Positions 12,446-23,973 are shown, counted from the first letter of the stretch. The stretch: DNA of 64,000 nucleotides from Prasinococcaceae sp. CCMP 1430 (GCA_013416795.1 RQSC01000005.1:388733-452732); one strand, 5' to 3'. The notes: generated by a model not told the origin, from the sequence alone. Numbers and translations are program-made.

Positions 12446-13331
12446 ATGCGCGAGCCGCCCGCCGGCCTCGTGCAGGCGCTGAATGACTCGCAGGCGACGC
12501 TGGAGGCCACCCTCGCGGCGGGCGAAGGCTGGAAGGTGCGCCTGAAGGAGCGCGCGGGGGCGCTCGTTGTGACGAGCCGCGCCGGCCCCAAGTCTGGCCC
12601 GGTCATCGTGCGCGGAGCCCTGCGCGTCTCGCTGCCGGCCGTGGGCGCGGACGGCGAGGCGGACAGCGAGTTGGCGCGGCGGGTGTTCGAGGAGTACGTG
12701 CTCTACGAGCGCCGCGTGGTGTGGGACGCTGGCATCGCCTCGCAGACGCAGATACGTGCATATGCCGACGGGCAGCACTCTGTGAACGCGTACGAAGTGC
12801 ACGGCGCCGCAGGCGGACTCGTGCAGGCCCGATACTTTGGTACGTTGCTCGACGGGTCCGCGCGCCGCGCGTCGTCTGTGCAAGGGGCGCGGGTGCGTGC
12901 ATGTGAGGTGAGCAGTGCGTGCCAGCCTGTGCTCGCGCTGACGCTCTCGCGCGGGCTGATGGTGCACAGTGGAGGCGCGCCGCACGCTCTGCGCCGAGGG
13001 ACAGTCCCCTCCATACACGAACGTGTGCGTCGATTGGACGCTCGACGACGCTGAGGCCATGGCGACCCTGCCCAAGGGAGGCAAGAAGCACATCCGTGGG
13101 CGCAACCTCCCTGGCAGTGGCTTGGTGATGCGGCGCGCAGACGGCCGGACTGACGGCCGCGCGACGTTCGAGATCTCAATGGTTGGTTGCAGCGATCTCG
13201 GCGGCTGGCTTCCTGCCTCCGTGACGGATCGCGCGACGTACGGCGCGTACCGCGACATTCTGCTCGGTGGCGTCGAGGCACTCAAGGGCGTCGGCGTCGA
13301 CGTGCGCCTGGAGCCAGCCCCGGGCGCGTGA
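12446..13331 (+). CDS. START/lipid-binding domain protein (spliced; intron boundaries near 12840-13004 not resolved)
   Basis: RRVVWD, GGLVQARYF, HIRGRNLPGSG and SDLGGWLPASVTDRA resemble START-domain motifs, split over two frames. Confidence 0.65.
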
Positions 13332-13432
13332 GCGCGCACCCCTCGCGCGTTCGGCGGCCGCGGGGGGCGCTACAATTTTGCGTACAGTAATTAATTTTTC
13401 CAAAAATGAATGCCGTCCTTCTCGACCCTCTG

Positions 13433-15519
13433 CTACGGCGGCGGCGGCGCCCTGCCCGTGTCGTAGAGTTTGCGAAGCCTGGGGTCCTCCAGCACGCGGT
13501 AGGCCGCCTCGAGCTTGTGGAATTTGAGCACTGACGCGGGGTCGTCGCCGGCAGTGTCTGGGTGGCACTCGAGCGCCTGCTTCCGAAACGCAGCCTTAAT
13601 CTCTGAGGCCGTCGCGCCGGGGGGCACGCCGAGACGCTTGTAGTAGCCATGAACGTCGCGCACGTTGGCGCCCTCCGCACCGGCGCGCCCCCCCATCGAG
13701 CCCCAGCGAGGCGCGCGCCCGCCACCGCCACGCGAGCGGGAGCCGTGGTCCTGGCGCGCGCGCATGCGCTCGCGGGCCTGCGCGTGCGCGGAGCGTCAGC
13801 CTGCGCGTGCGCACGGCGACCGGCGAGCAGCCACGCGGCAACGAGCTGAGCGGCATGGCATCACGTCAGACACGCACGCGAAGCGCACGGACCTTGTCCT
13901 CCGCTGCTCTCCTGGCCTCTTCGTGCCTCTGCCGCTGCTGCGCCCTGACGGACGCTCGTCGCTCCACCTGCTCCTTGAGTAGGCTCTCGGCCCACATCCG
14001 CTTTGTGTCGCCATTCGCGGACCGGCGCTCGTCCTGCTCGAACATCTCCCACTCGACGGCCTCGCGTGCGCGTAGGAGCTGCGCTGCCGCCTGCGACGAT
14101 GCGTGCGCCGAGCCCTCCACCGACGAATCGCGCCACGACCGCGTTTCGCGGAACCAGCGCTTGTGCCGCGCGGTCTTGTTCTTGAAACCCGACACTGCGC
14201 TCGCGCGCGCTCGACGGGTCAGCCTTTGGTGGTCATCTATGGTGGCGCCCGAGCAGGGGCGGACGGGTTCGCACACGCTCGCGAACGCGGTGCGCCCGCC
14301 CGCATGCGTCGCAGCTGTTGCAGCGCGCGCGAGCGCGTGCTCACCCTGCGGGTCCACGGACTTCGCCCCGCTTGCCGCATCGTGGTGGTCCTGCGGCTGA
14401 TGCATTTGCGTGAACAGGCTGCTTCCCAGTCCCGTGAGCACCACGCTCGTGGTGGCGGCCTCGATGCCGAAGTGAGCCAGCGCGTAGGCCGCGAGCTCGG
14501 GCGACGCCAGCATCAGCGCGCCTTGCACACTGCCGAGCGCCGCCGCGAGCGCACCCGCGGCCGACAGCCCCGAGCGATACGGGCACAGGTGGCGCTGCGC
14601 GGCGACGCCCGCAACCGCGCCACCGACGGCCGCGCGGTACCAGCTTGGTACGGTCACGACTGACTCGCCGTGGCTGAACTTCGTGCTCCAGCGGTAGCGT
14701 GCGCTGTACAGCGGCAGGAGGAGCGCCGACGCGCGACGCTCACGCACGCTCAGCGTCACCGTCACGTTGCGGACGTGCTCTGTGGCGTACTCTTTCTTGA
14801 GACGCGCAGCGCTCGCCGCCACCTCTGTCTCGAAGATGTGCCGCAACGCGAATCCCCACGCCATGCCGCGGCCCATCTCGAAGTCGTCGATGTCGGCTGC
14901 CGACGCAGTCGCGCATCCGGCCGCCGGGCCCTCGGCGATTCCGCCGCTCCCGGCGGAGGCGTCCGCATCGTCAGCGTCCGCGCCGCCGCCTGCCTGGCGC
15001 GCGCGGGCGGGGTGCGCGTTGAGCGCCTTAGCGAGCAGCTCGCGCGGCCGGCCCGTGCCACCGAGGCGCGCGGCTGCGGCAAGATCGCGCCGCTCCCGGT
15101 AGCCTGCGTAGACCTGCAGCGCCTCATGGTCGAGGGCCGCATAGCGCACGCCGCCCACGCTGCCGCGACTTGGCACGTCGCTCCAGTGCACGGCCGGGCC
15201 GTCGCTCGCGCCGCCGCCGCCGCTCGTCCCGCCCGCGCTGCCACCGCCGCCCACGGCCCTGCCTACCTCGCCGCTGTAGCTCACGTCGACCGTCGCATCG
15301 AACGCCCAGAAGGGGAGCATGGCCGCGCGCACGGTCGTGCTGTCGCTCGCGAATATTCTGTCCTGGCCATGGTGCAGTGAGATGTCCGGGTGCGATAGAG
15401 TTGTCAGCGTCGAGGCATTAAAAGCTTCGTCGAGGAACACGCCGAAGCTCGATGCCCCTGCTGCCTCAGACAGCCGACGCCGAACGAGCTGCGGACCCGC
15501 CGGCGCAGCTTGTCCACGA
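13433..15519 (-). CDS. Membrane-associated DnaJ protein with C-terminal J-domain; 5' end in gap; spliced
   Basis: J-domain YYKRLGVPPGATASEIKAAFRKQALECHPD...AYRVLEDP...RKLYD at 13433-13660. The upstream 524-aa ORF ends at a GTGCGT donor and carries LPFWAFD and LLLPLY motifs, a hydrophobic stretch and a coiled coil. Confidence 0.7.
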
Positions 15520-15794
15520 NNNNNNNNNNNNNNNNNNNNNNNNNNNNNNNNNNNNNNNNNNNNNNNNNNNNNNNNNNNNNNNNNNNNNNNNNNNNNNNNN
15601 NNNNNNNNNNNNNNNNNNNNNNNNNNNNNNNNNNNNNNNNNNNNNNNNNNNNNNNNNNNNNNNNNNNNNNNNNNNNNNNNNNNNNNNNNNNNNNNNNNNN
15701 NNNNNNNNNNNNNNNNNNNNNNNNNNNNNNNNNNNNNNNNNNNNNNNNNNNNNNNNNNNNNNNNNNNNNNNNNNNNNNNNNNNNNNNNNNNNNN

Positions 15795-17047
15795 AGGGCC
15801 GCGCCGCGGTGGGCGCGGCGCAGGGCGGCGACGAGGGCGTGACCACGCGGCCGCTTGTTGCGCTGGCGGGCGCCGCGGCGTTCAACTGCATTTTGGGCTC
15901 GCTGTACCTGTGGAGCGTATACTTGGCCGGACTGGAGGCGGAGCTCGGTGCGTCTCGCGCGACGCTGTCGGCGTGCTTCTCGCTGGCGACGACGTGTTTC
16001 ACGGTGGCGTCCACCGTGGGGCTCATTGTCTTCGGCCGCGCGCCGCCCGCCGAGCTGGCGCTCGGCGTGCTCGGGGTGGCATCGTTCGGGATGTGGTTCT
16101 CCGGCTTCTCGGGCACGCTGTGGGGCCTCTTCGCGGGCTTCGGCGTGCTCTTCGGAGCATGCAACGGCGTTGGCCACGGCACCAGCCTGCGCATCGGCCA
16201 GTCCAAGCTCTTCGACAAGCGCAAGGGCATGGCCACGGGGGTGCTCTTCGCCGCGCGCGCGGGCGGCACGGTCCTGCTCGCGCCCCTCGCGATGACCATG
16301 GTGGCCAAGTTCGGCGCGCTGGGCGCGCTGCAGCTCAACGGCATCGTGTTCGCGGCGCTGGCGGTGCCGGTGTACCTGGCGCTGAGGGCGTCCAACGTCA
16401 ACTACGCCCTCAAGCCGCCCAAGGACTCCAAGAAGACCTCGATCGGCGCGCTGAGACCGCACGCCGCGACCTGCCTCAAGTTCTCGGCCATCCTCGGCCT
16501 CGGCGCGTTCTCGGGGCTGCTGAGTTACGGCCATGCGGCGCCGGTGTTGGCCGCGCGCGGCGCGGAGGCCAGCGCGCTGGGCGTGGCGGTGAGCGTCTTC
16601 AGCGCGGTGAACGCCGGCGCACGCCTGGTGGGCGGCGGCCTCGTCGACAGCATGTCCGCCCGCCACTGCCTGATGATCGCGTGCGCGCCCGCGGTGGCCG
16701 GCCTCGCCATCGCCACGCTCGCGCCCGCGTCCCTCGTCGCGGCGATGGCGGGGCTGTGTGGCAGCGCGGCCACGTACGGACTGCTGGCCACCTGCCTCGC
16801 CGTGAGCGTCGGCAGGCTGGTCGGGCAAGACCTCTTCGCGACGGCATACGGGCTGATTTTCACCTCCTGGGGCGTGGCCGGCATCCTCGGGCCGGTGCTC
16901 GGCGGCGCGCTCTACGATGCCACGCGGAGCTACACGCTGTCGTTGGGCGCCGCGTGCCTGTGCGCTGCCGCCGCACTCCTGTGCGCCGCGGCGCTCCCTG
17001 CGGACCCCAAGGAGCAGGCCGTTGGGGCCGAGGAGGTTGCGGCGTGA
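15795..17047 (+). CDS. MFS transporter, oxalate/formate antiporter (OFA)-like; 5' end in gap
   Basis: About 12 hydrophobic segments; LGSLYLWSV, GLFAGFGVLFGACNGVGHG, RKGMATG and YGLIFTSWGVAGILGPVLGGALYD. Confidence 0.85.
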
Positions 17048-17215
17048 GCGGTGGTCCCGCCGTCGACCCGACGGGCCCTTTCGTGCGCGCGCGCGCTGCC
17101 CAACGAGCGGCGAGCGGGTCCGCTCGCCGCTGCCCCGCACTATTTTTTTGCGCAGTCTTCTAATCGTCCATACCTCTGTACACTCCTCGGGGCGTCGCGG
17201 CCAGCGCGCTCGTCA

Positions 17216-17556
17216 TCATACTCGCCCCGCGCGGCGCGCCCGGAGCGCGTTCGCGACGCGCGGACCCACTGCTAGGCCAGCGGCGGCCGCAGCAGGCGCG
17301 ACGGCCGCGTTGAGGATCAGGTGCGCAGCGTAGGCGCCGAGCTGCCGCCCCTGCAGCAGCGCGACGGCCTCGAGCGAGAACGTGGACGCCGTCGAGAAGC
17401 CGCCGCACGCGCCCGTTCCCAGGAGCAAGTACGGCGCCGTGCCTCTTCCCGCCCCGGGCCACGCCGCCAGAGTGCCCAGCGCCGCGGACGCGGCGATGTT
17501 GATCCCGGTGGTGGCCCAGCCGGGCGCCGCCGCCGCGGCCGCCCCGCGCCCCCGCG
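17216..17556 (-). CDS. Fluc/CrcB-family fluoride channel, C-terminal portion (cut by N at 17557)
   Basis: TTGINIAASAALG and LLLGTGACGGFSTASTFSLEAV match the CrcB T-x-x-V/I-N and G-x-x-GG-F-T/S-T-x-STF motifs. Confidence 0.7.
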
Positions 17557-17760
17557 NGGTCACGCCGAGGCGGGGAGGGGGGGTATACGCGCGACGCCTT
17601 TTGGTCAGCGACGCGCACGCGCCTCGTTTCGCGAGAGCGCTTTGCGCGTGAGGGCATTGGAGAGGGGCACAGAGTGGGCGCGCGCGGTGTCGAGCAAGCA
17701 TGCCAAGGCGGGGAGCGCCGCGGCATCGGGGTGCGACCCCGTCGCGGCGCCATGACGCAC

Positions 17761-18005
17761 ATGCCGCCGAAGATGTTCACGAGGAGCGCCTTGACGCGCG
17801 AGTCTGCCGTGATGATCTTGAAGGCCTCGGTGACCTGATGCTCGGACGCCGCGCCGCCCACGTCGAGGAAGTTGGCCGGCGTGCCGCCGTGCAGCTTGAT
17901 GATGTCCATGGTGGCCATCGCCAGGCCCGCGCCGTTCACCATGCACCCGATCTCGCCGTCCAGCCCGATGTAGTTGAGGTCGACCTTGGCGGCGGCCACC
18001 TCGCG
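17761..18005 (-). pseudogene. Isolated internal exon of succinyl-CoA ligase beta subunit (fragment, possibly misassembled)
   Basis: [51 protein letters not shown]...[11 protein letters not shown], followed by a GTGCGT donor; no upstream or downstream exons in the window. Confidence 0.85.
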
Positions 18006-19529
18006 GCGGCGTGCGAGCTGATCGGGCTCGACCCGGACGAGGGGACGCGGCCGGAGTTCGCCGAGGCGTTCGCCGGCAACATCGTGCTCGCGGGCTCCGA
18101 GCCGTACGCCAACTGCTACGGCGGCCACCAGTTCGGCACGTGGGCGGGGCAGCTCGGCGACGGCCGCGCGATCAGCCTCGGCTCGGTGCGCGGGCCGGTT
18201 GGGGCGGCGGCGGCGGGGGCGGACTCCGGCGGCGCGGGCGGGCTTGTGGAGCTTCAGCTCAAGGGCGCGGGCCTGACGCCGTACAGCCGCCGCGCGGACG
18301 GCCGGGCGGTGCTGCGCTCCTCGCTGCGCGAGTTCGTGGGCTCCGAGGCGATGCACGCGCTGGGCGTGCCCACCACGCGCGCGCTCAGCCTGGTGGCCAC
18401 TGGCGACGGCGTGCTCCGCGACATGTTCTACAACGGCAACGCGCGGCTCGAGCCCGGCGCCGTCGTCTGCCGCATGGCGCCGTCGTTCGTGCGCTTCGGC
18501 TCGTTCGAGCTGCCCGCGGCGCGCAAGGACGAGGCGCTGATGCGCGCCATCGCCGACCACGTCATCGCGCAGCACTTCCCGCACTTGGCGGCGGTGGAGG
18601 AGGGCCGCGAGCGCTACGGCGCGTGGCTCGACGAGGTGACGGCCTCCTCGGCGCGCCTCGCCGCGCGCTGGCAGTCGGTGGGCTTCACCCACGGCGTGCT
18701 CAACACCGACAACATGTCCGTGCACGGCGTCACCATCGACTTCGGGCCGTACGCCTTCATGGAGGCGTTCGACCCCAACTTCACGCCCAACTCGTCCGAC
18801 TCGACGCGCAGGTACTCCTTCGGCGCCCAGCCCAACATCGTCGCGGAGAACTGCGTGCGCCTCGCCATGGCGCTCGAGCCGCTGCTGGGCGCCGACAAGG
18901 CCGCCAACACGGAGCGCGCGGCCGACGTCTTCGAGAGGACCTTCTACGAGAGCTGGCACGACGAGCTGCGCAAGAAGCTCGGGCTGGGCCGATTCGTGGA
19001 GGGGCGCGACGACCAGCTCGCGGTCGGCCTGTTCACGCTCATGGCGCGCGCGCGGGCGGACTACACCAACACGTGGAGGCTGCTGGCGCGCGTGGGCGAG
19101 GGCATGAGCGCCGCCGAGGCGTTCGACCAGATCAGGCCCGCGCTGGGGGCGCACGGGCTCGACTTCGTTAGCCTGGAGGGGGACGACATCAACGAGGCCA
19201 ACGAGGACCCGGCGGAGCAGGTCGAGGCCGCGGGCGTCGCGTGGATGGCGCGGTACCTCGACAGGATTGCGGAGGACGATGCGCTGAGCGGCGAGGAGAG
19301 GGCGGCGCTCATGCGCGCCTCCAGCCCCAAGTACGTGCCGCGCAACCACCTCATGCAGCGGGCCATCGAGGCGGCGGAGGCGGGGGACGTCGGGCCGCTG
19401 GATCGTCTGATGGAGGTGATGACGCGGCCGTACGACGAGCAGCCGGACGCCGAGGCGGAGGGCTACTGCTCGCCCGCAGCGCGCGAGGACCTGCGCGCGG
19501 GCGTGACGGTGCTCTCCTGATCGAGCTAG
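18006..19529 (+). CDS. SELENOO: Selenoprotein O (AMPylase pseudokinase), N-terminally truncated; UGA 19518-19520 probably Sec; stop TAG 19527-19529
   Basis: [54 protein letters not shown] and TIDFGPY; the C-terminus reads VTVLS-TGA-SS-TAG. Confidence 0.92.
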
Positions 19530-19703
19530 GCCCGTCGTCGTCGTCGTTGATTCGTTTCCGTGGAGGCTTGGCACGGCATGGGCCACGAGACGCGACGGGC
19601 CGACGCGAGTGAGTGAGGCTACACTCGTGTCGGCGGCGTCAAGGCCGCATGGAACGATCCACGCGACGCGACGGACCGCTTCGCACGCGCAGGGGCAGCA
19701 CGG

Positions 19704-19777
19704 AGGGTGGGCAAGCATGACGGACCGCCCCGTAATGGCACTTTGCCAGGGGGCGCCGCTCCCGACGACGTCGTCCT
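19704..19777 (+). promoter_or_regulatory. Candidate type II SECIS element in the SelO 3' UTR
   Basis: ATGA at 19717, AA at 19734-35 and GA at 19764-65. Helix II GGA/TCC plus CGCCCC/GGGGCG, apical mini-stem TGGC/GCCA, and helix I AGGGTGG/TCGTCCT, all paired by eye. Confidence 0.7.
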
Positions 19778-19952
19778 GACGACGACGCGCCCACGCACGC
19801 ACTCCTCGCCCCTTGTTGTCGCGCGGCGCACGTGTACACACAGTAAGAAAGCAAAGTAAGGCACGCGCGCCCCGGCTCGCTTGCCGTAGGCGCGCGTGTG
19901 ATTGCTTTTTTTTTTTGCGCGGGGGGGGGGGCTCAGAGGAATGCGACGCCTC

Positions 19953-20040
19953 TGTGTGTGTCTGTGTGTGCGTGCGTGCGTGCGCATGTGCGTGTGCGCG
20001 CGCGTGTGCGTGTGTGTGTGTGTGCGCGCGCGCGCGCGTG
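19953..20040. repeat. Compound (GT)n/(GC)n microsatellite between SelO and mL46 3' ends
   Basis: Read directly. Confidence 0.8.
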
Positions 20041-20087
20041 GCGGAGAGGTACAAAGAATGGGTTGGCGTCAAAAAAATGAGGGCGCT

Positions 20088-20850
20088 CTACTCGCCGCCG
20101 TCGTCGTCCGACCAGTACGGCAGGGGCATGAGCGCCTCGAGCATGTCGCGCGCGTCGCCCTCCGGCAGCCTCTCGAGCGCCTGTTCGCGCGAGAGCCAGG
20201 CGTAGTCGTGCGCGCCGTGCGTCTCCTCGACGTCGCCGGAGATGATCTGCGCCTTGCAGAAGAGGCGCAGGGTGTCGCCACCGTCCTCGAGCACGTGGCC
20301 CGCGGGCCCGTTGCCCACGTGGAAGACCTCGAAGCCCGCACGGCCGCCGGGCAGCGGCTGGTCGCCGCGGGCCTCCCGCACGGGCAGCGGGTCCGCGAAG
20401 CGCCGCCCACCCACCGCCGCCGACGCGCGCTCCGCGGCAGCGCGCACCGTGTCGCCCGGGCCCTCTGCGAGGTCCGCGCTCGGCAGCCGCCAAGCCCCCC
20501 CCTGCGCGTCCTGCAGCAGCAAGAACAGGCGCTCGGACTGGTGCTTGAGCAGGGAGCGCGGGTCCGACGCGGCCTCCTCGATCGCCTTGGCCGCGGCGCG
20601 CTCCGCCGCGAGCACGTGCGCGTGCTCCAGGCCGTCCTCCCTGTCCGCCTTGATGACCACCTCGCGCGCGGGCTCCTCGATGGACGAGAGCATCGGGTTG
20701 CGCTGGGCGTTCCTGTAGTCGAAGGAGAAGGAGAGGTACGAGGCGCGCCATTTGGGATCGGCGGGGATCACCAACGGAAGGCGCTCGATGAGGAGCGACA
20801 GGGTGATGAGGGAGTAGGGGTGGGGGGAGGAGGAGGACGGGTCTCGCGTT

Positions 20851-20893
<43 letters not shown>

Positions 20894-21074
20894 GCTGCCC
20901 GTCGGGCGGCGCGGCGGCGGAGGTGTACGCCTTTGCGACGGGGCGCTGGCGCGGGTGCTGCTGCTGCTGCTGCGGGCGGTGCGCGGCGTGGGGATGCCGC
21001 CCAGCCGCGCGCGCCGCCAGCCGCCCGGCCGAAGCCAAGCGCACCAGCGCGGCCTCGCCAAGCCTTTGGAGCAT
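20088..21074 (-). CDS. MRPL46: Mitochondrial ribosomal protein mL46 (MRPL46/L17-like)
   Basis: LIERLPLVIP, DPRSLLKHQSERLFLLL, WRLP, LFCKAQIISG and DYAWLSREQ; Arg/Ala-rich presequence. Confidence 0.8.
20856..20891 (-). repeat. (CAG)n tract encoding poly-Gln in the mL46 N-terminal region
   Basis: (CTG)n run on the + strand, translating to about 12 Gln. Confidence 0.9.
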
Positions 21075-21396
21075 CGTGTCGAGTGTCCGCCGTCGGACCC
21101 CCCCCCCCTCTGCTCCGCCCGCCCCCCCGGGGCGCGCCGAGCGGCTCGGGACGGGGACGCGCGCTGGCCGCCCGCCCGCCGCGCGCCCTATCGCTCACCC
21201 GCAGCGCCGCGGCGGCGCCCTGCGGCGGGACGGCCGGCGGATAGCGCATCGCATGCGAAAGCAAAGGCGAAAATCTCCCTCGATTCGCAGGGTCTGCGCG
21301 CACATTCAAATCGAATCATGCGATCGGTGCGTCCGGTGGCTTGACCCTAATTATGAAATTGTTCATATACTAACATGTTTTGTCAACCGTAACCAC

Positions 21397-21478
21397 GATG
21401 GTGTGACCGAGTGGTTAAGGTGCTCGGCTGCTAACTGAGTGGGCTCTGCCCGCGCGAGTTCGAATCTCGTCACCATCG
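21397..21478 (+). tRNA. tRNA-Ser (GCT)
   Basis: Acceptor stem GATGGTG/CACCATC, D-loop GAGTGGTTAAGG, anticodon arm CTCGG-CT-GCT-AA-CTGAG, long variable arm GGGC-TCT-GCCC and T-loop GTTCGAATC. Confidence 0.95.
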
Positions 21479-21786
21479 ACAGCACAATTTTGGCTTCATT
21501 TTTGCTCAACAACACAATTAAATTACGGACCCGAAATGACACGAATCCGTGTTTGATTTGCGCACGCACGTCGGCGGCTGCGCTTGCCGCCCCCCACAAC
21601 GCGCGCTCGCGCGCCGCGCGCGCGCGCATGGCGTAGCCGCATCGCGCGCGCGGGGTGAGGCAAGTCCGCGTTCTCCCCTCCCCCTCCCCCCTTCCCACCT
21701 CTGCATCACGAACAAAAAATCACAAGCACACACAACCTTTCAATCCGCACGCCGCCCTCCCCCCCTCCCCTCCTCCCCTCCTTCCC

Positions 21787-22986
21787 ATGCCCGCCTCTAC
21801 CGCCGCTCCCCCCTCCAACCCCGCCACCACCACCACCACCGCAGCCACCACCACCATCGAACCCCCTTCTTCCCCCCAACCTCCGCCCCTCCCACACGCC
21901 CATTCCACCCCCAAGCGCCGCACGAAGCTGGCGCTGTGCGCCGACGTCTGCGCGTTCTGCCCGTCCCCTTCCGCGCGTCGCGTGCTCGCCGCCGGCGCGT
22001 ACGAGCTCGACGAGGCCGCGGGGGTGCGCGAGGGCCTCATCTACCTCTTCGACACGAGCGACGACGGCCTCGAAGAGATCTGCGCGCCCCTTCCCTGCGC
22101 GGGCGTCTTCGAGCTGCTGTGGGGGCCCGGCGACGGCGACGGCGAGGGCGCCGCCTCGCGCCTGCTGCTGCACGCGGGCGCCGACGGCTCGGTGAACGTC
22201 TTCCAACTGCTGGAGCCCCTCAGAGAGGGCCTCCAAAGCCTAGCCTCGGCGCCGCCCGACCCACGGCGTGGGTTCTGCCTGTCGGCGGCGTGGTTGCACG
22301 ACGGCGAGGCCTCCTCCTCGTCGCGCGTCGCCTCGTCCTACCGCAGCGGCTGCGTGGCGACGTTCGCCTTCGCGGAGTCGGCGCTCGTGCTCGAGCACGA
22401 AATAGCCGACGCGCACGCGCTCTTCGGCGCGCCCTCGGAGGTGTGGGCCGTCGCGCAGGGCCCGGGCGCCCACCAGACCTGGACGGGCGCCGACGACTCG
22501 CTGCTGAAGCTGTGGGACCTGCGCTCACACGGCGGCTCAGGGAGGCCGGCCCTCGTCGCCAAGGACCACGGCGCGGGCGTGTGCGTCATCCGCCCGAGGC
22601 CGGGCGCCCCCCACCTGCTGGCCACCGGCAGCTACGACGAGCGCGTGCGACTCTACGACGTGCGCGCGCTCGAGCGCGGCCCCCTCAGCGCTACGGCGGC
22701 GGCCGATCCCACCGGCGGCGGCTGTTGGCGCATCTCGTGGGCGCCGGGCGGCCGCGCGCTCGCCGCGGCGTGCATGCAGGGCGGCTGCCGCGTGTACGAG
22801 CTCGGCTCGGACGGCGCGGCGCTCGCGGAGGTGGACTCGTACGACGGCCACGGCTCCATTGCCTACGGCATCGACTGGAGGCGAGACGGCAGCGGCGCGC
22901 TCGCTTCGTGCTCGTTCTACGACAAGGAGCTGCACAGCTGGAGCGCCTCGTGCACACACCTGCTGAAATGCGCGCAGGAGGAGTAG
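21787..22986 (+). CDS. DPH7: Diphthine methyl ester hydrolase DPH7/WDR85 (WD40); start uncertain (low-complexity 5' region)
   Basis: CADVCAFCP, AGAYELDE, WTGADDSLLKLWDLR, LATGSYDERVRLYDVR, GGGCWRISW, AACMQGG, GHGSIAYGIDW and SCSFYDKELHSW. Confidence 0.88.
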   Translation: MPASTAAPPSNPATTTTTAATTTIEPPSSPQPPPLPHAHSTPKRRTKLALCADVCAFCPSPSARRVLAAGAYELDEAAGVREGLIYLFDTSDDGLEEICAPLPCAGVFELLWGPGDGDGEGAASRLLLHAGADGSVNVFQLLEPLREGLQSLASAPPDPRRGFCLSAAWLHDGEASSSSRVASSYRSGCVATFAFAESALVLEHEIADAHALFGAPSEVWAVAQGPGAHQTWTGADDSLLKLWDLRSHGGSGRPALVAKDHGAGVCVIRPRPGAPHLLATGSYDERVRLYDVRALERGPLSATAAADPTGGGCWRISWAPGGRALAAACMQGGCRVYELGSDGAALAEVDSYDGHGSIAYGIDWRRDGSGALASCSFYDKELHSWSASCTHLLKCAQEE

Positions 22987-23363
22987 GCGTGCTCGAGCCA
23001 CGCATGGGATCGGTCGATTGATTAATTTTAATAAAAAGTTCAAACCAACACAGCGTTCAAACGCGAGAAGGAGTCGGGGGCACGGACGCAAAAAAAAAAA
23101 AAAAAAGTGCCCAGCGCGCGCTCGGGGACCTCCGGACTCGCGGGCGCGCGCCACCGCGGCTCGTCCCCATCGGAACGCCTTCGGGCGCGCGCTGAGTCTT
23201 CGGACGAAATCTGTTGCGCGAAATGCGCCGCGCGTGTCCATGCGCTTCGACGTGTCCGCCACGCAAGCCGATGAGCGGCTCGCTCGCCCGCGGGCGGGCG
23301 GGCAGCGCGCCGCGGCGGTTGGAGCCCCTTGCGCTCGAGCCTCTTGGCCGAAAAGGGGGCTCG

Positions 23364-23940
23364 ATGATGAGGCGCGGCGCTCGTCTCCTCGGAGCTGCCT
23401 CGGCGCTCGCGTTCGCGCTCGCCCTCCCCGCCCGCGCTGATCACCTGGGGGGGGACTACGAATATCTCGACTACATAGCCAACCGCCCAAGCGACGACTA
23501 CCAAAACAACATCCCAAGCGACGACTACTACAACAACATCCCAAGCGACGACTACTACAACAACATCCCAAGCGACACCTATTACAACAACTACCCAAGC
23601 GACACCTACTACAACAACTACCCAAGCGACGACTACTACAACAACTACCCAGGCGAGAGCGGGGGGCAGCCGGCGGCGGCCGCGTGCGAGCACGACCTGC
23701 CCCACGGCCTCAAGGAGTCCGTGTTGTACCGCGCCGCCGACGGCACGAAAATGTTCGCGGTGTCCACGCACGAGCGGCAACGGTGCGTGTGTGCGCGCGC
23801 TGCCTACCGCACGCGCATGCACGCCTGCATCCTTGGCGCCTCATTCAGGGCGACCGTATCTTGTAGCAACACGCGGCTGACCCGATCCGCCCCTGTCCCG
23901 ACTGTCTGCGTCGCTCTTGCCGCTGTAGGCGCCGCCCACG

Positions 23941-23973
<33 letters not shown>

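Noticed and set aside
17160-20072. 970-aa minus-strand ORF as a novel fusion protein
   Set aside because: It is mostly the antisense shadow of GC3-biased SelO joined to the SCS-beta exon and across an N. High GC content makes long shadow ORFs common.
21405-21420. GGTTAAGG as another copy of the promoter motif
   Set aside because: It is the D-loop of tRNA-Ser.
23487-23651. 27-nt tandem repeat as a CRISPR array
   Set aside because: No unique spacers, unit length is a multiple of 3 within an ORF, and the context is eukaryotic with no cas genes.
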